Source: Malacoraja senta (Eukaryota). Taken from it: DNA of 64,000 nucleotides. The stretch spans positions 16,184,001-16,248,000 of the forward strand of contig CM075988.1 in NCBI GenBank assembly GCA_038087875.1, given 5' to 3'. Both the position numbers and the translations under genes were made by a program. The notes beneath the pieces were generated by a model that saw nothing but the letters and a program-made list of their open reading frames with translations, ran no database searches and had not been told where the DNA came from. How positions within the stretch are numbered: the first letter of the stretch is position 1; every line of letters starts with the position of its first letter. Positions 48,101 through 60,100 of this stretch are shown in pieces.

Positions 48101-51100
48101 GTATTTACTTAGCATGGTTGTACAAGGAAGCTATTGGGACAGACGCATTTATTGTCATCTTTTGTCTGAAATTCATCACGTTGGCACCACATTTCATAAG
48201 TTGATAAGTTGTAGGAGCAGAATTAGGCCATTCGGCCCATCAAGTCTACTCCAACATTGAATCATGACTGATCTGACTTCCCCTCTCAACCCCATGCCCC
48301 TGTATTAATAAAGAATACAGGTATATCAATCTCCACCTTAAAAATATCCACTGACTTGGCCTCCCCAGCCTTCTGCAGCAATGAATTCCACAGATTCACC
48401 ACCCTCTGATAAATTCCTTATCTCCTTTCTAAAGGTACGTCCTTTTATTTCCATTAGTCATTTTGATTCCAGTAGCATTAAGTTATCCTTGGAGCAGGAA
48501 AATAGGAATAAGAGATCGCAGGTCCACTTCATTATGTTCTGGCATCCATTTAAGTCCTGGCTGCTCTGTGCTCCAAGTCCACCCTTCTTCCATCAACATC
48601 TTCCACAAAGGTCCATTTATTCAAGTCTTGAATGGTTCAATTGACCTAAACACCCCCAGCCCCTACCCTATCCCCAACCCAACATCTACGGGAATTGAGG
48701 CCTCTGAGTTTTCACTCTTTGTACAACAAATGCTTCCTCATCTTTGTGATAAACACTAACTTATTCTGGATTCTCTGACTGAAGGAAAATCATTTCCTCA
48801 TACCCATTCCATTGGATCTTCTCAATCGGTTTACACATTTTGTTTGGGTTATGGAGAACAATTCAAATGAATTCTCATTTTCAACATGCTTCTAGGATTT
48901 TCAATTTTTTGGCAAAGTTTCAGTGTTCTCCTACGATGAGCGTTGGTTTAGTTTGAGTTTTCTTAGCTTTATCTATGGACATGAGGGAGATAGATGTGTG
49001 ATTGTGTGACAATTGTAGCACAAGAGAGAGATGGAAGAAAATGTGTCTGCATTTGGTGCGGGGTGTGCCTGAATTAACAATGAAGTGAGATTGAAGAGGT
49101 TTTGGAAATTAAAGACCAGCTTCAAACTGTACCTTCAAGTCTTTTTTCCACACGTAATTAATCTAATGGTCAACATAACACTGAAAATCTTTTCAGTTCA
49201 TACTCATTTTTGATTTAACAACTTTTAAAGTTTCTGTGCAAAGATGGGTTAAACTTTGCCCCTTCACCTCTTGCTCCTGAGTTCAGAAGCAACCCAAATG
49301 AAGGGAAGGAAGTATGCTCCATAGAGATGCTTGGTGAGATGAGATAAGACCACACCAGTACCACATGAGTTTGTATGGTCAGAGAGACATCAAGTTGTGG
49401 ATGAATGGAGTAATAGAGCATCCTAAACAGGCCCTTCAGCCCATCAACTCCAAACCTGTTTACCCTCGTTAATCCTATTTATTTTACTCTTAAGGTCATA
49501 GAGATGTACTGCTCGGAATTGGATCCTTTGGCCCAACTCATCCATGCCGACCAAGATGTCTACCTGAACTAGGCCCATTTGGCCAATATACCTCTAAACC
49601 TTTACTATACATACACTACTTTTCATCCTTGTAACTGTACAGGTTCCTCTAACAGCTCGTTCCATATACCCACCACCCTCTGTCTCACCAACAACCTTTG
49701 GTGTACCATTCACCGACACGGTTGGAAGAGTTTCCAGGAATGAGTAGGTTAACCTATGATGAGCATTTGTTGGCACTGGGCCTGTATTCACTGGAGTTTA
49801 GAAGAATGAGGGGGACCTCATTGAAACATACAGAATAGTGAAAGGCTTGGATAGAATGGATGTGGAGAGGATGTTTCCACTAGTGGGAGAGTCTAGGACT
49901 AGAGGTCATAGCCTGAGAATTAATGGATGTTATTTTAGGAAGGAGATGAGGAGACATTTCTTTAGTCTGAGGGTGGTGAATCTGTGGTTCCTACACAGAA
50001 CTGCACACAATACTCGAAATGTAACCCAACTAAAATCCTATAAACTGCAGCAAAATGAAAAAGTCTTAAGCAAATGTGATCTTGCAATTCCAATTTACTT
50101 TGACGTTCTTTCTCAGTGTTTCTGAACAAGTGGAAGCTTTGTTGTCACAAATGTCGGATGCCGTCACAAACGAGTGTCAACGCTTGTGTGTCTGGTCTGT
50201 GCTGGGGAAAGGGACGGGAGCCCAGCTTGTGAATAAGGAGACTTTGCAAGTTCTGTCCAAAGAGGAATTAATCGGTAAGAAAATTTTAAGGGGCTGTCCC
50301 ACTTGGGCAACCTAATTGGCAAGTTTAGGAGAGTTTGAAAAAATGTCATGTTGAAGACCTCCTTCGACTATGTTGAAGACTAGTTTCGACTAGCTACGAC
50401 TAACTTCGGGAAAATTGGACACCGAATAGTGGAGAGTGAAGACGACCTCCTTTGATCTCCTTCGACTACGATGAAGACTATCTACGACTACCTTTGAGTA
50501 CCCTCGATTACCTTCGACTAACATGCCGACCTACTACAACTAAACCTACGAGTAAAAAAAGTATCGATTTTTTTTCCATGGCGACCTTTTTTTACTCACG
50601 GACATTTTTCAACATGTTGAAAAATACGCCACGACCTCGCTGAGGCCTCAAGTACACGGGGACTACTCTCGAGAATGAAGGAGAGTTACAAAGACCTCCT
50701 ACGGCCTCGTTTCAACCATGCTGCGAGTATGAGCCGAGGGCAAACTCGCCAGAACTCGCGGGTTAGGTTGCCCAAGTGGGACAGCCCCCTTAATCAAAAA
50801 TCTTCTAACCCACCATTCTACCTCCAGGTCCCTCAGGTCGGCCGACTTGGGGCTAGTGACTATCCCGTGGTCTAGGTTTAAGCTCAGGGGTGACCGCGCT
50901 TTTACGGTTGCAGCACCTAAACTGTGGATTAGCACCCCGCTCCTCATCAGAACTGCTTCCAACATCGACTCCTTTAAGTCACGACTCAAAACCTATTTCT
51001 ACTCCCTAGTGTTTTTGAGCCCCTCTGAGGGGGCGCTGTAAACAGTGTATGTATGTATTGTTAGGTCTGTCTACTGTTGTATGTATCAAATTAGTACCTG

Positions 51101-54100
51101 CACTGATGTGAAGCACTTTCGTCAACGTGAGTTGTTTTTAAATATGCGATACAAATAAATTTATTATTATTATTATTTAATCTCAGAATTGTTGAACTAA
51201 TGCCATTCAGTCCATCATGTCAATGGCAGCAGTTATCAGAGCAATTCTGTGTTCCATTCACCTGCTCTTCACATCCCTTCTAAAGTGAGATCATTGGAAT
51301 TGGATGCAATATTCTTACTGCAACCTAACCAATTAACATAGCACTGTTTCTGCATTCAGTTCCCCTTATCTCTTAAATCCTTGGATCTCTTAACTCTTCT
51401 AATCACGCAGTCCACCATGTCCAACCACTTCACACTTATACGCTGCAGCACGCTCTTTACAACTGTGCCATTTGGTCTACACCACCTCTCCATCTGCCAC
51501 AATGTGTTGCATTTTTGCGATTTCCCAGTTTTACCTCCTGAAAGTTGTTTTGATAAAATCATACATTTTATTGCATGGATAATGATAGCAAGCTCCAATC
51601 TCCTTCTACGCTGCTGAACAGGCTGTTGGATTTGTACTCTGTTCTCACCCGTCCCATTGCTGATGAAGGAGAATTACAGAGAACCTTCCATCCTTGTTTC
51701 GAATCAAATGGAAGTCAAGTCATATGCAGGTAAACAGCATTTCAGTGACAGATTTCAATGCACAGCCTTGACCTCATCTTGCACTTAGCTCACAAAGTTC
51801 TGCCACACTGTTTCTCACTCACGATTCCAAGAAAATGCTCTCCTTCCAATTCCCACTTCTGCCGCTAGCCTTTTGATTCCCAACTAATGTATTGGTCGAG
51901 TGATGATGACGTGATCTTATACCATGTTATTGAAACAATATTGTGGCAGCCACGATGGCGCAGCTGTATACTTGCTGCCTTACTGTGCCAGAGACCCGGG
52001 TTCGATCGCGACTATGGGCGTTTGTATGTACACCCCTTGACCACGTGGGTTTTCTCCGAGATCTCTGGTTTCCTCCCACACTCCAAAGATGTGCAGGTTA
52101 ATGGGCTTGGTAATAACTATAAACTGTCCCCAGTGTGTGCGTGTTAGTGTGCATGGATCACTGGTGGGTGCAGACTCGGTGGGCCAAAGGGCCTGTTTCC
52201 GCGCTGTATCTCTAAACTAAACTAAACTTCCTGTGGCAGGAGCTGATGGAGCCATTAGACATCGCAGTCTCCTGCAAGTGGATGGGCTGACAGGGTTGCT
52301 CACTCCGTGTCCGGATGCTGTCTTGCTCGTGGCCAATAAGTACACCATGCCTGTGTCCAACAGCATCTTCCTCCACCCTCAGACTGGACGTGTGCTCCCC
52401 GTGGCTGGCAATGTGTGTTACAACTCTGTCGGGTCCTGCCTTCGTCCGGTCACAGACTCAGCGGCAGGTCAGTCCCCTGCAGCAGGGCAGCAGTCGCACT
52501 TTGAGAGAAAAAAAATTTAACTTTTTAAAAAACATTCAAGAGAATTTGCCTGGGGAGGTGGTGGGGGCAGATACAATAGTGCCGTTAAAAAGGCCTTTAG
52601 ATACACATGGATATGCAGGTTACAGTGGGATAATGGATCACTTGCAGGCAGATGCGATTAGTTTAACTTGGCATCATGTCCAGCACAGACATTGTGGGCC
52701 GAAGGGCCTGTTCCTGTGCTGTACTTTTCTATGTTCTATGTTGTATGAAAATGTATCTTGAAGAACATGAAAGAAAATCACCCCGTGAACGACCTGTAAG
52801 GATTTATATTTGGTTTTATTTATTTTACACTGATGCACTACAATGCTGAGAACTATATTCTGCACTCAGTGTCTTCCGCTTTGCTCTATTGTACTCGAGT
52901 TTGGCTTGATTGTATTTATGTATGGTATGTGTGATTTGAAGATAGACACAAAATGCTGGAGTAACTCTGCAGGTCAAGCAGCATCTCTGAAGAAAAAGAA
53001 TAGGTGACATTTCGGGTCGGAACCCTTCTCCAGACCAAACCCAAACCCGAAACGTCTCCTATTCTTTTTCTCCGGAGATGCAGCCTGACCTGCTGAGGTA
53101 CTCCTACATTTCGTGTCTTTCTTCGGTATAAACCAGCATCTGCAGTTCCTTCCACACATTATTTCTGATTTGATTGTGGATGGCAAGCAAAATAAAGCAT
53201 TTCACTATACCTCGTTACATGTGCCCATAATAGACCTAAACCTAGATATTTTGCTCTCTACTATGTCATTGCATATTAACCAATGGAACATTTATTTATT
53301 CTGTTTCGCTGCCGTTGGTGTTTCAGAGCTGGGTGCTTGAAGCATGACTCTTTTACCATTTTCCATCACGCTGTAGGTGCAGTTTGCCTGAGTGAGGAGG
53401 ATTTGATTCCATACGTACCGTACTCGCTGTGTCCAGACACCAAGCTCCCATTGGGAGGTCCATCAATGCAGGGTGATGTCAAGCTGGGAGGACCGATGGC
53501 AGATGCATACTCGGGAATTGAAGTGCCCATCTTGGCCGTGACTATTCACCCCCAGACCGGCTTGGTCTATCCGCTGGGAGGATCCTATGTCAGCCCAATT
53601 ACAGGAATGTCGGCGCCAATTGAAATTGGAGCCCCAATGGTCTGCGAGAAGACTGGCCAGGTGGTCCCAATCATAGGGGTCAGTCTGAACACTGCCACAG
53701 GTAAACCTGATGCTCCCATTAAGTTGAATTGATTGCAGGCTCTTCAGCCCACCAAGTCCACGACAACCTTTGATCTGAAGTCTGAAGAAATGTCTTGACC
53801 CGAAACGTCTCCTATTCCTTTTCTCCAGAGATGCTGCCTGACTTGCTGAGTTACTCCAGCATTTTGTGTCTACCAACCAATGTCCATACCAATTCTCTGT
53901 TATCCCACTTCCCCATCCACTCCCTAAACACTAGGGGCAATTTGCAGAGGGCAATTAACCTACAAACCCACACACCATTGAGACATGGGAGGAAACCAGA
54001 GCACCCGAAGGAAACCTACACAGTCAGGAAGAACATGCAAGCTCCACACCGACAGCACTCGGGGTCGGGATCAAATCTGCGTCTCCGGCGCTGTGAGGCT

Positions 54101-57100
54101 GCAGTTCTACCAGTTGTGCCACTGTGCCGCCCCAATGTATCAATGTGCATAGCAACAATAGTAAACGTGCAACTGCGTCTAAACTTATGTCGAAGACGTG
54201 CCAGAATATTTGAGGGAGAGTTAGAATGACAAAGAGATGCATATTGACATAGAAACATAGAAAAACAGGTGCAGGAGTAGGCCATTCGGCCCTTCGAGCC
54301 ATCACCGCCATTCAATGTGATCATAGCTGATCATCTAAAATCAGTACCATGTTCCTGCTTTTTCCCCATATCCCTTGATTCCTTTAGCCCTAAGAGCTAA
54401 ATCTAACTCTCTCTTGAAAACATCCAGTGAATCGGCCTTCACTGCCCTCTGGCAGAGAATTCCACAGATTCACATCTCCCTGGGTGAAGAAGTTTTTCAT
54501 CATCTCAGTCCTAAATGGCCTTCCCCCCATTCTGAAACTGTGACCCCTGATGTTGGGGTTAGGAGGGAGAGATAGATCAGCCATGATTGAATGGCGGAGT
54601 AGACTTGATGGGCTGAATGGTCTAATTCTTCCACCATATTTTGGCGCCATTTACAAAAAAGAAGTCCAAAGTCTCGTTTCACATGCTGGATGTACTGGAG
54701 GACCCCTGAACCCCAGGCTGCTGAAGGGCCTCCTCCTTCGCCCTCGACCAGCTCGGCCCATCAACCAACATCCCTCTCCTCACCCGGCTGCCTCTATATC
54801 CCGGGGGACACCTCTTGCAAATGACCTTGAAGGAGCTGGAGGCAGTACCCCAGTTCCAGGTTCTATGTCTCAATATTGTTCTGTGTCGTATGTCTTCGTG
54901 GGTTCTGAACAGCTCCAGTTGGATCTGTGAAGGAAAGATGACGTGTCTTTAAGGATCTCGTTTCCTTTCAGGTGCAGTGATCCCACTAGGAGGTGTGCTG
55001 AAGTTTTCCAATACGCCCATGATCCTTGGGGACAGCTTCACGGAGCCTCTCAGTGGAAGGTCTGCCCGCATTTCAGGTGCTTGCATTCACGAAGCCCAAG
55101 TGGCGCCACATGCAGGTGGCTACCAGCCGTTGCTCGATGGTGCCGTGCTGGCCAGTGAGGTCCACGTCCTGGAAGCATTGAAGGGCTACAAAGACGCCGT
55201 GACTGCACAGGGCTCAGAAGCATCCTCCCTTCAGCAGAAACAGCGAGCCACGCTGAAGGATGCACTGGATGGCTTTGCAATGGCACGCAGAATATCCTGG
55301 GCACACCTTATCCACACCGCACACAACCTGGAGAGACAGAGGAAGGAAGCAAAGGATCTGGCAAACACAGGTGGCGACGTTGGTAAGAAACACAGAGTTG
55401 TCAGAGCACCTTCCGCTGATTGATTATGCTCCAGTTTCCTCGGGCATTCCTGTTCTCCAGATCCTTCCCCTTCTGCCTGTCATTTTTTACCCCTTAGATG
55501 CCAATCCAATTTCCTCGACGAAGCTTTTGCGTTTTGCTGCCTCCGCTGTCAAAGATGGTGAGATCCAGATCATGTGATCTCCGCCCACATCTGCCTTTTT
55601 CCTCTTGCTCATAATTTTGAAACATTTTTTACTTGTCCTTGAGCTTCCCACAGAAACTCCCCCTGGAAACAGGCCCTTCGGCCCATCGAGACCATGCCAA
55701 CACTAGGGACAATTTACAATTTCACAGTCATCAATTCATTGACAAACCTGTACATCTTTGGGGTGTAGGAGGGAAACAGAGCACCCGGAGAAAACCCACG
55801 GGGTCACGGGTACAATCTCCATACAGACAGTACCCATAGCTTGGATTGAACCTGGGGCTCTGGCGCTGTAAGGCAGCCACTGTGCCACGTGGATCCCTAT
55901 CAAATATTCTATCAAACGCCTTCACTCCAAGGAGAACAATTCCAGTTTCTCCAGTCTGTCCCTGCACATGAATTTCCTCATCCCTGGAACTGTTGCTTCT
56001 TCTGTGAACCATTACTCCTTCCCAAGGTGTGATGGTCAGAATTGAATATGACTGAGCATTCTTCAATCTGAAGAAGGGTCCCAATCCGAAACGTTGTCTG
56101 TCCATTTTCACTTCAGATGCTGGCTGACCCATTGAGTTACTTGAGAACTTGCTCATGATTCCAGCATCCTCTACTCTTCTGACTTCCCCAGAGTTTTATA
56201 AAGAGGATAAGCTCTCTGCCTTTGTGCTCTATGCCTCTGCTTGTGCATCCCAAGATACCCTGTAACTTTAACCTCAACTCTCTCAATTTTCCCTGCTGCT
56301 TTCAAACATTTGTGCAGGTACACAGCATGGTCCAAAGCTTGCACGTACACCAGAGTAGATTAGAAATCAAGTTTGTAGAACATCTTCCTCAGCTTCACAA
56401 GGTTCTATAACTTGAAGCCAGTGGCTGTTAGTCAAGGATTATCTTTTAGAAAAATGGGCAGCACAGTGACACAGCTGGGTAAACTGTTGATCCACACTTC
56501 AAGCGCCCCAAATTTCCTCAGGTGCTGTCTGTGTGGAGTTTGCAGGTTCTCCGTGAATGTGTGGGTTCCCTCCGGGTGCTCTGTTTTTTACCCAGATCGC
56601 AAAGACATGTGGGTTTGTAGATTAATTGGCTTCTGTAAATTGCCCCGAGTGTGTAGGGGGTGGTAGAATTTGGGGAGAGTTGATGAGAATGTGAGAGAGA
56701 ATACAATTAGATTATTGGAGGACCAGTATAAATGGATGTTTGATGATTTGGTGCAGACTCGAAAGGAGGCAACTGGGGATCTATATGATTCCATGGTTGG
56801 GGAAGGTGTTTGTTAATTGGGAGTAAAATTCAACTTTGGCTTCAGGTCAGCACGTGAACTGTGAAACGGCTTCATACCATGATGGAAACCAGCTTCAATC
56901 CATTATTGAGATGAAATCTTACTTTGATCCCACCAATTGATCTGCATAGGTCATTCATTGTGGGACATCTGGAAGCTCATATTGGTAGGTTGGACCTGAA
57001 GGGTTAGATTAGCATGCAATGTGAAAGATTGGGGTGTCTTTTCAACAGCTTCCAGCTCCCATGAAAATTATCCCCATAAAACACTTCAGTGTTTATATAC

Positions 57101-60100
57101 ACTGTACTTTTGAAATTGAAGTCCATTAATCAACAAATTGGATATTCAAGTAGTCAGGCAGCACTCTAACTTGTATCAGATGCGACATGCCTTCAATAGG
57201 TGACGTGGCCCACTCCCTCAGTTCCTAGCCTCCAAACCTACACTCAGCAAGTGAGAGACTGATGGCAGTACTTGGATATTACTCTGGTTTTTGATACTAT
57301 CTTGGGCTTCTCATTTGGTTGTATAACATTTTCACTTGAATTAATAGTTGACCTGATATTAATTCTGCTGCTGTTCCAGGTGTATCTTCAGTCCGAAACA
57401 GGAATAGATGGTGAAGAGGAAAATCATAGTCAATAGACAATAGTTGCAGGAGTAGGCCATTCGGCCATTCGAGCCAGCACCGCCATTCAATGTGATCATG
57501 GCTGATCATCCCCAATCAGTACCCCGTTCCTGCCTTCTCCCCATATCCACTGACTACACTATTTTAAGAGCCCTATCTAGCTCTCTCTTGAAAGCATCCA
57601 GAGAACCTGCCTCCACCGCCCTCTGAGGCAGAGAATTCCACAGACTCACAACTCTCTGTGAGAAAAAGTGTTTCCTCGTCTCCGTTCTAAATGGCTTACT
57701 CCTTATTCTTAAACTGTGGTCCCTGGTTCTGGACTCCCCCAACATCGGGAACATGTTTCCTGCCTCTAGCGTGTCCAAACCCTTAACAATCTTATACGTT
57801 TCAATAAGATCCCCTCTCATCCTTCTAAACTCCAGAGTGTACAAGCCCAGCTGCTCCATTCTCTCAGCATAAAACAGTCCTGCCATCCCAAGTAGTGTCA
57901 CATACATATTATGAAACAGAAGGAGGCCATTTGGCCCAACAAGTACATTCCAGCTCCCAGCAGTGAAATCGCATCAATCCAATTCAACATACCCCCCTAT
58001 CTCTTTCCACGTATTTACCCTTACCTCCCCTTTTGCTTCTCCATGTGACTTACACTAACCGGTGATTTACAGGATCAATTAAGGACCAACACATAATCGG
58101 GCTGTGGGTGGGAATCTGAGCACCAGTGGTTACAGGGAGAAGGTACACTCCTCACATACAGCACCGGATGTCAGTATGGAACCTGGATTCCTGGTGGTGT
58201 GAGTGTGAGGCAGTCACCATGCCAACATCATAGGTTAACTTCAGCATCCCTATGTTCCCATATTCTGTAAGAGGTGAGATACGGGTGCAATGACACACGA
58301 GGGTTTAGACAGACAGCATATGCAATGCTGGTTAATTTTGCTGATGACTTTGATTCTCCCACAGGGATGATCCCATTTGCCAGCACGGGTTTACTGATCC
58401 CTGCCGTTGTAGGGATGCAGATTCCTGACCCTGGAGGCTCTGGCCTGCAAGTGCCAATTTTAGGGGTGGAATACAATTCAACTACTGGCCGACTCATCCC
58501 CCTTGCTGGGACCATGGAGGATCCTGATGGAAAAGGTATTTAATGCTTAAACTCATTAGAACATCTAACAGTCATGACTTTCCAACATGGTTACCCATGC
58601 TGACAAAGATGTCTCACCTAAGCTAATATCATTTACCTGCATCCCTTTAAAATATTCCTATCCATGTACCAGTCCAACCTTTCAAAGATTGTAACTTAGG
58701 CAGTGCTCTGTATGTGGCAACTCTTTGCATACTTTGTGTATGGTATGCAAAACAAAGAATTTTACTGTGACATGTCACATGCGATAATAGAGTATCATTC
58801 ATTCATCATTCTTCATTGCATCTGCCTCAACTTCTTCCACCGGCAACTCATTCCATTTACCCACCAACCTCTGTGTGAAAACGTTGCCCCTCAGGTTCCT
58901 ATTAAATCTTTTCCCCTCTCACCTTTTCTAGGCCTGATACCGATTGCTCTTGGTGCCAGAAGCTTTGACCCCATCACCGGTGAAACTGGCCCAGTTGTTG
59001 GAGCCCGCATAGACCCACAGACAGGAATCGTGGTGCCTGTCCTGCAGTCATCAGGAGGTTGCATGAAACGAAGGCTGAATGGGGAAATGGTAATGCAGTG
59101 GGAAATGCCATTGGGACTTTCAACCTAATTGGCTGTTCATGTTTAGACAAATAATTTCTTATATAAGCAATGTATTCTATGGGTGATTCTGTACTCCCAG
59201 GCAATTCCACTGGCTGCAGAATCAACTTTGCATGTGTAGGTAATTTGATATATCCATTGCTTGTTACATATTGGTGTGTTCCTGGTGATAAGGTGACAAT
59301 CATTAGCTTTATTATTTGAAGAGCTAATATCCACTTGCATATGAAATTCATAGAGTTGTACGATGGTTATATGGTTACAAAATATTCCATCCAGCTCATC
59401 ACACTCATAGCAGTTCTCTATAGAATGATCCATTCAATCCCATTTCCTCACTCTTTCCCAATCTCCCTGCAAGTTTATTTCTCTCAGGTGCCAATCCAAT
59501 TTCCCTTTGAAATCTTTGCTTTAGCCTTTAGACTTTAGAGATACAGTGCTGAAACAGGCATTTCGGCCCACTGAGTCTGCGCCAACCAGCGACCATAAAC
59601 AAGCACTATCCTACACACTAGGGACTATTTACAATTTTTACTGAAATCAATTAATCTACAAATCTGTACATCTTTGGAGTGTTGGATGAATCCGGAGCAC
59701 CCACATGGGTCACAGGCGAAACGTACAACTCCGTACAGACAGCAACCATAGTCAGGATCGAATCTGGGACCCTGGCGCTGTAAGGCAGCAACTCTCCCAC
59801 TGTGCCATTGTGCCGCAAATCATTGATCATCTCTGATCACATCACATTGGCATCTACATTGTTATCACTCACTGTGGAGAAAATGCTCCTCACATCCCTC
59901 CTTTACCACTTGCTGAGAATATCTGTGTTCCTTGTCCACGTGCCATCAATTAATGGGAAGACCTTTCTTTTGCTTCCCTTGTCTAAAACTGCCATCATCT
60001 GGTCCACTCCTTTAAAATCTTCCTCAAACAACTTTGCTCAGGATCATAGCCACGACTCCAACCTAACCTTACAACTAAAATCCTCGTCCCATTCAAGTAA

